Shown here: positions 26,768 through 33,931 of the stretch, one piece after another
Layout: the number at the start of each line of letters is the position of its first letter
How positions within the stretch are numbered: the first letter of the stretch is position 1
Origin: a virus
Lineage: Duplodnaviria; Caudoviricetes
Reading direction: 5' to 3' (one strand)
DNA: 59,134 nt
IMG/VR virus record: IMGVR_UViG_3300046012_000561
Span: 1 to 59,134 of that record
The notes under the pieces: model-generated
Databases searched by the model: none
Seen by the model: the letters and a program-made list of their open reading frames with translations, nothing else
What the model was told of the DNA's origin: nothing
Made by a program: the position numbers and the translations under genes

Positions 26768-27459
26768 CCGACACCGGTCGAAAGAATTTGATTACCATCG
26801 GCGAGCGCGCCATCTATGAGTTGCAGCGCAAATTGCAGCCGGAAGCAGTAAAGCTCACGCCTTGGCAGCTCGCCGCGGCCGTGGTGGATTCCATACCAGG
26901 CCGCAAATGGTATGCCGTCGCGTGCAAGGAATTCCAGGAGCGCCGGGCTGCCTCCGAGCTGGGGGAGCGCAAGGTCGAGTTCTACCGGCCCAAATTCTTT
27001 CGCCACCCCGATGATGAAGACTACCATTTGGGCGCGATGGGCTTCCGCTTCACTGGATATGTCCTGGTCCATATCGATGTGCGCGCCGGAGAGCATACCG
27101 TCGTCAAGCACACGCCGGGGGTCGATGATTTTGTGAAGGGGGCGACGGGCGGCGGCGACACGCTCTATCCCCTGCCGGCAGATGCCGTGCTGCTCTTTCG
27201 GCAATTCGAGGAGGGCGACTTTGACCGCGTGACGCTGAAGAAGCCCGGCCAACGCGAAGACCTCTATCCGGGCTGCCAGGTGCGGGTGGACGATGAAACC
27301 CACCACCTGCATGGCCACCAAGGCACCCTCATGGTTCTGGACCGTCACGCCGCAAAAATCATGATCGGTCTGTCGAGCATTGATTGGACCCTCGACCCCG
27401 CCATTCTGAGAAAAGTTGAGGCGCCGAAGCCGGCGAAGAAGGGGGAGAAGGCGGCGTGA
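26764..27459 (+). CDS. NusG-family late antiterminator
   Basis: KWYAV...QE, FTGYVLV, TPGV..FV NGN domain; KOW-like PGCQVRV...LHGHQG. Confidence 0.85.
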   Translation: MTDTGRKNLITIGERAIYELQRKLQPEAVKLTPWQLAAAVVDSIPGRKWYAVACKEFQERRAASELGERKVEFYRPKFFRHPDDEDYHLGAMGFRFTGYVLVHIDVRAGEHTVVKHTPGVDDFVKGATGGGDTLYPLPADAVLLFRQFEEGDFDRVTLKKPGQREDLYPGCQVRVDDETHHLHGHQGTLMVLDRHAAKIMIGLSSIDWTLDPAILRKVEAPKPAKKGEKAA

Positions 27460-27587
27460 GCATCAAGCCCCCAATCTGCCGGGTCTGCAAAGTCGCGGAA
27501 TACAATCACCGCTGCATGGGCGCGCTGGAGATCAAGACAAAGGCTCCGGCGCCGAAGGCTGCCAAAAACAAAAAGCCGCGCGCATGA
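27456..27587 (+). CDS. Small zinc-finger peptide (43 aa)
   Basis: Manual: MSIKPPICRVCKVAEYNHRC...; 4-nt overlaps both sides; similar to 29989-30219. Confidence 0.6.
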   Translation: MSIKPPICRVCKVAEYNHRCMGALEIKTKAPAPKAAKNKKPRA

Positions 27588-27811
27588 TCTTCACCGGCCG
27601 CTGGTTCACTGACCTGATGAAGTGGATGTTCGGCCGCGACTGGCCTTCCGAGGCTGGGCGGCGACTGGGCCTCAACCGCAATACCATGATGCGGTGGGGA
27701 AAGTCGGGGCCGCCCAAGGGGAAACTGCCGGCGGTTCTGCAGATGCTCGAGGATCATATTGGCTTGGGCGGCACCTATTACGACCAGCTCAGGCGCCACA
27801 TGATGGACTGA
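27584..27811 (+). CDS. Small HTH protein
   Basis: FGRDWPSEAGRRLGLNRNTMMRW. Confidence 0.65.
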   Translation: MIFTGRWFTDLMKWMFGRDWPSEAGRRLGLNRNTMMRWGKSGPPKGKLPAVLQMLEDHIGLGGTYYDQLRRHMMD

Positions 27812-27862
27812 AATCTGTGGCTCTGGTGCTACATTGAAAACGCGGTTTTTCCACCCCTCCTA

Positions 27863-27892
27863 TTGACGGCAGAATCAAAAAGCTGAATACCT
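27863..27892 (+). promoter_or_regulatory. Candidate late promoter
   Basis: TTGACG -35 in the AT-richer gap after the NusG gene; -10 weak. Confidence 0.35.
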
Positions 27893-27947
27893 GTCCGCAC
27901 ATAGCCGATTTGCGCGGGCGTTTTCGAGAACCCCGATTGCCGGAGGC

Positions 27948-28289
27948 ATGGTGAAATCATCTCAGCCCAATCTCATAAGCCTAGATCAGGCAAAGAGAAT
28001 CTCGCATCCGATCATCTATGCCCTCTACGATGGGGCCGGCATGTTTTATGTTGGCAAGACGATGATGCCGTGTTCCCGTTTCTACCAGCACCGCACGGAG
28101 CCCTCGAACAACCAGCACCTGAGGCGGCGCATTAAGGCTGCCGGCGATGCACTAAGGGTGGAAATTCTCGCCCATCGGCCGCCGGACCTGAGCCAAGCGA
28201 AAGCGGGCTTCTGGCAGTACCGGGGAAGTACAACCCGCGAAATCAGCGGCTTCGGCGGGAATAATCGGATCGGTAGCTCAGCCGGATAG
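27948..28289 (+). pseudogene. GIY-YIG endonuclease, probably truncated
   Basis: IIYALYD...FYVGKT...RFYQH; no clear downstream catalytic Glu/Asn motifs. Confidence 0.55.
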
Positions 28290-28327
28290 AGCGCTCCCAC
28301 ACTCCCACAATCGCCATTCCTGATCCC
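28267..28327 (+). pseudogene. tRNA-like remnant (acceptor stem plus D-arm only)
   Basis: GGATCGG TA GCTC AGCCGGATA GAGC...CTGATCC; no anticodon or T arm. Confidence 0.4.
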
Positions 28328-28375
28328 GCCTTGCGGCCGGATGCTTGCCCTTCTTGGGCTTTTCCTCCCCCAACT

Positions 28376-28410
28376 TGGCCCGGCTGGTTTCGGCTTGCCG
28401 GGCCACTTTT
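28376..28410 (+). terminator. Hairpin/terminator upstream of the packaging genes
   Basis: TGGCCCGGC...GCCGGGCCA followed by CTTTT. Confidence 0.5.
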
Positions 28411-28426
28411 CCCAAAGGAACGCCGC

Positions 28427-28786
28427 ATGGATCCCGCCCAGATGACGCCGCCTGCCGATGGCACGGATGCGCCCGCACCTCCCGATTCCGACATGGCCCC
28501 CAAGGTTGTCGCCACCATCCTCGACAATGGCGATGGCACCTACCAGCTCGTGAAGGGCGAATACGGCGCCGAGCCGATGGAGGGCGCCGCTCCCGGTGGC
28601 GAGGATGCAGCCCCGGCTGGCGAGACTTTCGACAGCATCGGCGCCGTCCTGAAAGGCGTCATGGACTGCCTCAAGGAAAACGACGGCACCGGCGAAGGCA
28701 AGGCCCAGGCCAGCTTCAACGAGGGCTTCAACGGCTTCGGCCAGACCGGCGATTCCGGCTCCGAGCCTAATCCCCCAAACCCCTGA
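28427..28786 (+). CDS. Acidic hypothetical protein
   Basis: AAGGA RBS, GC3-rich codons. Confidence 0.7.
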   Translation: MDPAQMTPPADGTDAPAPPDSDMAPKVVATILDNGDGTYQLVKGEYGAEPMEGAAPGGEDAAPAGETFDSIGAVLKGVMDCLKENDGTGEGKAQASFNEGFNGFGQTGDSGSEPNPPNP

Positions 28787-29001
28787 TGGGCCTTCACCGG
28801 CTGCCAGGCGATGCAGAGCCGCACCGGATTTACGGCTGCGAGCGCTTCGGCCCACCGCTTCCCGGTTCCGGACCCATCCTCAGCCTCGTGCAATGGGATG
28901 GCGGTCTCGTCGCTGTCCGGCAAACCAACTCATTCCCGCCTTATGCCGCCTACATCTGGCACCACGGCGATACCGAATGGGACCGAATCTGGATCCACTG
29001 A
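28786..29001 (+). CDS. Hypothetical protein
   Basis: TGATG coupling on both sides. Confidence 0.55.
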   Translation: MGLHRLPGDAEPHRIYGCERFGPPLPGSGPILSLVQWDGGLVAVRQTNSFPPYAAYIWHHGDTEWDRIWIH

Positions 29002-29441
29002 TGGAACACACCCGCCTCAAGCCCGCTTCCGGCGTAAATCATGCCGTACATGCGGCCCAGGCTGTTGCCGATGACGGCGGTTCCCCCCGCCAACAGATCG
29101 ATGCGGCCAGGGCGGTATCCGGCCAGCGCCTCGGCTATCTCCCGCACCAGGGATCGCGCCAGAAGGCCAGAACGTTGGCGCGGATGCAGGCCGCCCACGA
29201 GAAGGCCGCTCCCATCGCCACCCACCCCTTCCAGCTTCTGCACAGCATGGGATGCGGAAACCCGGCCTTCTTCCTCACCACCATGCCGGGGGCCGGCGAT
29301 CCCATTTCATCCGCCGATTGCCTCTTCCCGAATGGCGAACGTCCGCAACGCGAAACCGCGATCACCTGCGGCTCTTGCGGCGAGGTCATGCCCATCATTG
29401 ACGTTTGCCGCGCCAACATCACCCACCGCCAGCCGTCGTGA
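29001..29441 (+). CDS. Hypothetical protein with Cys motif
   Basis: Coupled; GCGNPAF...CGSCG. Confidence 0.55.
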   Translation: MEHTRLKPASGVNHAVHAAQAVADDGGSPRQQIDAARAVSGQRLGYLPHQGSRQKARTLARMQAAHEKAAPIATHPFQLLHSMGCGNPAFFLTTMPGAGDPISSADCLFPNGERPQRETAITCGSCGEVMPIIDVCRANITHRQPS

Positions 29442-29992
29442 CACCAAAGCCGCCCGTAAAGGCCGGCACCAGCAAGTCCGCCGCCGCCAAGCGCTGCCAA
29501 GCCTTCATCAACGCCTATCTGACCAATGGCCGGAACGGCACTCAGGCCGCAATCAGCGCTGGTTGTCCGCCTGCTGGCGCTGCCGTCCAAGCCGCCCGCT
29601 GGCTTAAGGATGATAAGATTGCCGCCCAGGTGGCGGAACGCACACTGGAAGTCCAAGCAATCTCGGGACTTACGGCAGAGCGCACCCTTCAGGAAATCGG
29701 GCGCCTGGCCTATTTCGACAGCCGGAAGTTGTTCCGCGCCGACGGCAGCATGGTTCCCGTCCACGAGATGGACGACGACACCGCCGCGGCCGTCGCCTCA
29801 GTTGAGCACGAGGACATCACGCTCAAGGAAGGTGAGAACGCCCGCGTCATTGGCAGCACCAAGAAGCTGAAGCTGCACAGCAAGACCGCAGCCTTGGAAA
29901 TGGCCATGCGCCACCTGGGCCTTTACGAGAAGGACAACCGCCAGCGTGGGCCTGACTTGGCGTTGCAGGTTGTTTTGATGGGGCCCGAATGA
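29438..29992 (+). CDS. terS: Terminase small subunit
   Basis: FINAYL...NGTQAAISAG, ERTLQEIGRLAYFD, KLHSKTAALE. Confidence 0.88.
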   Translation: MTPKPPVKAGTSKSAAAKRCQAFINAYLTNGRNGTQAAISAGCPPAGAAVQAARWLKDDKIAAQVAERTLEVQAISGLTAERTLQEIGRLAYFDSRKLFRADGSMVPVHEMDDDTAAAVASVEHEDITLKEGENARVIGSTKKLKLHSKTAALEMAMRHLGLYEKDNRQRGPDLALQVVLMGPE

Positions 29993-30219
29993 AGCCGCCG
30001 AAATGTCGGACCTGTGGCAAGGAAGAGTGGCAGCATACTTGCGGGCCGGCGATCGTTCTGCCCCGGGCCAGTGCCGGCGTGATCGTCGGTGTTACGATTG
30101 GAGACGGGGCAATCGTAACGCAGCCTGCCGGAAAGCCACGCGGCCATAGATCGCGCGTCCACAAATCTGGTGCGGATCGACAGAAGGCCTACCGCTCCCG
30201 CAAGGCTTCCAAGGCATGA
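29989..30219 (+). CDS. Small zinc-finger protein
   Basis: KPPKCRTCGKEEWQHTC; C-terminal ADRQKAYR. Confidence 0.65.
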   Translation: MKPPKCRTCGKEEWQHTCGPAIVLPRASAGVIVGVTIGDGAIVTQPAGKPRGHRSRVHKSGADRQKAYRSRKASKA

Positions 30220-31568
30220 CGGCGGTCCTGGCCCCGGCCCCGCCCGAAGTCCTGAAGATCAACATCCCCCGCCGCTTCGGCTTCCTGCTGGAGATGCACG
30301 ACTACAAGGTCCTGTATGGTGGCCGTGACGGGCTGAAGTCCTGGAACGTGGCCAACGCCATCCTGGCCCTGGGCGCAAACCAGAAGCTTCGCATCTTCGT
30401 CGGCCGCGAGGTGATGAAGTCCCTGGCGGATTCGGCGCACAAGCTGCTCTCGGACCGAATTGAAGCGCTGGGCCTGGCTGGCTTCTACACCATCTTCGAG
30501 AACAAGATCCGGGGCCGCAACGGCACCGAGATTAGCTATGTCGGGATGAGCGATCTCACCGACGACAACCTCAAATCCCTTGAGGGCGCGGACATATTCT
30601 GGGCGGAAGAGGCCCAAGGCGTCAGCGAGGGAAGCTGGCGCAAAGTGCTGCCGACCATTCGCAAGCCGGGATCAGAGGTCTGGGTATCGTTCAATCCCGA
30701 TATGTTGGACGGCGCCACCTATCAGCGTTTCGTGGTCAATCCACCGCCTGGCACCATCGTGGTCAAGACCGGCTGGGAATACACCAAGGCCTGCGGCTTC
30801 TTCACCGACAAGATGGAAACCCTCCGGGCCCACGACGAAAAGACCCTTCCGCGAGAGGATTACGACAATATCTGGGGCGGAAAGCCCCGTGTGGCGGTCA
30901 AGGGCGCCATCTACAGCCGCGAAGTTGTCCAGATGGTCGAGGAACGGCGGTTTCGGCCCACGCCCTATGACCCCCGCTTTCCGGTGGATGTGATCTGGGA
31001 CTTGGGCTGGAACGACGCGATGGTCCAGATATTCGTCCAGAAGGTCTCGCCCACGGCCCTCAACGTCATCAACTACCGGGAAGACAGCGGCCGCCGGTAT
31101 GACGAACTGATCGAGGAGCGCCGGGCCTTCCGTTACCGCTATGGCTGGGACTGGCTGCCGCACGATGGGGCCCACGCCAATCCCCAGACCGGTAAGACCG
31201 CCAAGCAGACGCTTCAGGGTCTTGGGTGTTGCGCCAGGGTGTTGGAGCGGACAGGCACCGAGCCCCGCATTAAAGCCGCCCGCCAGATGTTCCCGCGCAT
31301 CTACATCGACGACACGGCGCGCGAAGTCTCAACCGGCTTTCTCGGCGCTGCCCGCCTGATGGAATGCCTGAAGAAATACCGGCGCAATGTTCCAGAAACC
31401 ACGGGCGAGCCCGGCACTCCGGTGCATGACGAATTCAGTCACGGGTGCGATGCTTTCGGCGCGGTTGCCGAGATCGTGGACAAGATCAGCAGCGAATTTG
31501 TCATGGCTGCGCCGCCGCCTCTCCCCGCCTTCCACAGCACCGATGCTGCGATGGGGCCATTAGGCTAG
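30216..31568 (+). CDS. terL: Terminase large subunit (PBSX/Terminase_3-like)
   Basis: YGGRDGLKS, FWAEEA, PTIRKPGSE, WDLG, HD..SHGCDAF. Confidence 0.93.
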   Translation: MTAVLAPAPPEVLKINIPRRFGFLLEMHDYKVLYGGRDGLKSWNVANAILALGANQKLRIFVGREVMKSLADSAHKLLSDRIEALGLAGFYTIFENKIRGRNGTEISYVGMSDLTDDNLKSLEGADIFWAEEAQGVSEGSWRKVLPTIRKPGSEVWVSFNPDMLDGATYQRFVVNPPPGTIVVKTGWEYTKACGFFTDKMETLRAHDEKTLPREDYDNIWGGKPRVAVKGAIYSREVVQMVEERRFRPTPYDPRFPVDVIWDLGWNDAMVQIFVQKVSPTALNVINYREDSGRRYDELIEERRAFRYRYGWDWLPHDGAHANPQTGKTAKQTLQGLGCCARVLERTGTEPRIKAARQMFPRIYIDDTAREVSTGFLGAARLMECLKKYRRNVPETTGEPGTPVHDEFSHGCDAFGAVAEIVDKISSEFVMAAPPPLPAFHSTDAAMGPLG

Positions 31569-31595
31569 GCCCGCGCAGCCAAAAGCGGAGTTCAC

Positions 31596-32222
31596 ATGAG
31601 CAAAGTCACCTATCAGAGCTACACGAACACTGCCCTGGACGCGAAGGGCATTGCCGATGACGTCGCCTATGCTGGCGGTGGCTATGTCCTCACCACGAAC
31701 GGCGCGGCCGACAATCTGGGCCACCTGATCACTATCCTGGGCAACACCGCGACCGACCAAAGCGGCAAGACTTTCACGGTCACCGGTACCGACGCCAATG
31801 ACCGTCCGATGACCGAGGGCATTGCCGGTCCCAACGGCAACGTCACGGTCACCACCACGAAGTATTTCAAGACCGTCACCAGCGTGACCGTCAGCGCAAC
31901 GACCGGCGCTGAGACCTTCGACATCGGCTGGACGGCTGCTGCCGTCGGCGCGGAAATCGCCCTCGATTACACCCGCGATCCCGTCATCAACACCGGAGTT
32001 TTCTGCCGCGTCCCTTCCGGCACACCGGGTTACGGTCTCGAATTCACGGGGGACGCGACACCGGCCGGGCTCGATTCCACCTCATGGCTTGCCCACGCCA
32101 CGATCGCGGGCAAGACCGCGACATTCGCCGGTGCGATCACCACCCCGGTGCTGGCCATCCGCCTGAAATTCTCCACCGCCGGGCCGGTCAACATGACCGT
32201 CATCGAACCGTTCAGGTCTTAG
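31596..32222 (+). CDS. Thr-rich virion (head decoration-like) protein
   Basis: TVTGTDANDRPMTEGI...KYFKTVTSV motif. Confidence 0.6.
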   Translation: MSKVTYQSYTNTALDAKGIADDVAYAGGGYVLTTNGAADNLGHLITILGNTATDQSGKTFTVTGTDANDRPMTEGIAGPNGNVTVTTTKYFKTVTSVTVSATTGAETFDIGWTAAAVGAEIALDYTRDPVINTGVFCRVPSGTPGYGLEFTGDATPAGLDSTSWLAHATIAGKTATFAGAITTPVLAIRLKFSTAGPVNMTVIEPFRS

Positions 32223-32228
32223 CCGACC

Positions 32229-32687
32229 CTACGAATGAGAACGCAGGTATTCGATAGCCGCCGCGAGCAGTTCTATCTGGTGCCGGAACATCCCGATCCC
32301 GCGATTGCAGTCGTTGCAAAGCAGTCCTCTCGTCTTGCCAGTCTCGTGACAGTGGTCGAGGTCCAAGCGCCGCCCCTTTGGGGTCTTCGTCGTTTTACAA
32401 ATCGCGCACTTCCCGTTTTGTGCTGTGTGCATCGCAGCGTAAGTGCCAATCGGAACGCCGTAATTATGCAGCAGCATTTTATCCGCAGCCCTCTCCGGGT
32501 AGAGCTTGCGGAACGCCTTCTGCCGCGCGCTCGCTCTTTTGTTGTAGTCCTCAAGATTGCGAAGTCGCCACTTTCGCTGTGTTTCTCGATTATATGCGCG
32601 GTGGCAGGGAACGCACACAGTCGTGCTCCTAGTCCACCTAAAATCGTCGAGTGGCCGAGATTCTTTGCATTTAGAGCAAACGCGCAT
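32229..32687 (-). CDS. Endonuclease VII-domain (homing-like) endonuclease, antisense to the late operon
   Basis: CSKC...QNGKCAIC...DHCHETGKTRGLLCNDCNRGIG. Confidence 0.88.
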   Translation of the reverse strand: MRVCSKCKESRPLDDFRWTRSTTVCVPCHRAYNRETQRKWRLRNLEDYNKRASARQKAFRKLYPERAADKMLLHNYGVPIGTYAAMHTAQNGKCAICKTTKTPKGRRLDLDHCHETGKTRGLLCNDCNRGIGMFRHQIELLAAAIEYLRSHS

Positions 32688-32753
32688 CGTGATTACGCGT
32701 GTGCACTGCGTCTACGCGTAATGTCAACTCCATTCAGGTCTTAGGAGTTCCCC

Positions 32754-33638
32754 ATGACCGTCCCTCCCTTCAGAGCCTTCCGCTCCACGGTGACACCGCC
32801 CAACGAGCGGAACATCAACCCCACCGACAAGTGGCTGGTTGACCCGCGCACGGGCTGCCCGGTCGGCCTGCTCAATCCCATGGCCAATGGCGCCGACGCG
32901 CGTTTCACGCCGGTGAACCTGACCGCGGCCCAAATCGCGACCCCCACCTCCCTCATGCTGGTTGACCTGGATGCCACCTATCGTCTCGAATCCGCGCCCT
33001 ATACCCGCTACATGTCGAACGGCACGGCCCTGGTCAGCCGGGACAATTCCACCCAGGTGCAGAGCGTTACCCTTCGGGCTCCTCTCCCCGCCGATGTCGA
33101 GGCGATTGTCGAGGCGGTCACGCCCAGCAATGTCGCCCTCACCATCGCCGCCCAGCCCGTCCATGCCCGCAAGCTGCAATATGACATCGTCATCGGCACG
33201 GCCACGACCACCAAGATCACGGCCGGTACCCTGACCACGGTCGGCTTCGACCAGGATGGGAACGCGATCACCGAGGTGATTTCCCTGATCACGCTCGACA
33301 GCGTGAACATCCCGTCCGCCTATGCCTGGAGTTCTGTCACTTCCTCGACCGTGGCAGGATATGTCGCCTCTGGCTCGGGGACGGGCAATACCCTCAGCGT
33401 CGGGTTGACCGATGATTTCGGGATGCCGACGGGCAGGGGCACGGTCAACAGCTTCGAGGCTGTGGCCATCACCACGACCACCACCGACTTCACCGGCGGC
33501 ACCGTGGTTTCGGCTCCCGATGATGTCTCGGCCGCCACTGTGGATGCCACGGCCAGGACGATTGCCCCGGATACCGCCCCCGACGCGGACGGCCTGATCG
33601 ACTTCCAGTTCACCTACGCCTTCTCCTTCACGGGCTAA
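32754..33638 (+). CDS. Thr-rich virion protein, partial paralog of 31596-32222
   Basis: TTVGFDQDGNAITEVI...AWSSVTS motif; AGGAG RBS. Confidence 0.6.
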   Translation: MTVPPFRAFRSTVTPPNERNINPTDKWLVDPRTGCPVGLLNPMANGADARFTPVNLTAAQIATPTSLMLVDLDATYRLESAPYTRYMSNGTALVSRDNSTQVQSVTLRAPLPADVEAIVEAVTPSNVALTIAAQPVHARKLQYDIVIGTATTTKITAGTLTTVGFDQDGNAITEVISLITLDSVNIPSAYAWSSVTSSTVAGYVASGSGTGNTLSVGLTDDFGMPTGRGTVNSFEAVAITTTTTDFTGGTVVSAPDDVSAATVDATARTIAPDTAPDADGLIDFQFTYAFSFTG

Positions 33639-33643
33639 CCCCG

Positions 33644-33931
33644 ATGGATTTGCCCTTCGTCCGCCAGTATCCCAACGGGCGACGCGCGCTGGCGACCATC
33701 AGCGTGGCGGATGACGTTGGCCACCTGGGCAAGAAGTTCATCGCCCTGGGGGGCGCCTATGTCTGCGAGATTCTGCCGAGCGGGTATGCCCGCATAGCGG
33801 CCTGCCTCGAAGGCAAGGACGGCAAGCAGCAGGATGTTGAGCAGGACGCCTGCGAGAATGGGCCCGGCCTTCCCGAAGCGGTTGAGCGCCTGGTTCGGGC
33901 CTCCGTCCAGCACATCGAGACGCACGGGTGA
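33644..33931 (+). CDS. Hypothetical protein
   Basis: PFVRQYPNGR; coupled to portal. Confidence 0.65.
   Translation: MDLPFVRQYPNGRRALATISVADDVGHLGKKFIALGGAYVCEILPSGYARIAACLEGKDGKQQDVEQDACENGPGLPEAVERLVRASVQHIETHG

Noticed and set aside
28267-28327. Functional tRNA gene
   Set aside because: No anticodon arm, no TTC T-loop and too short; kept only as a remnant
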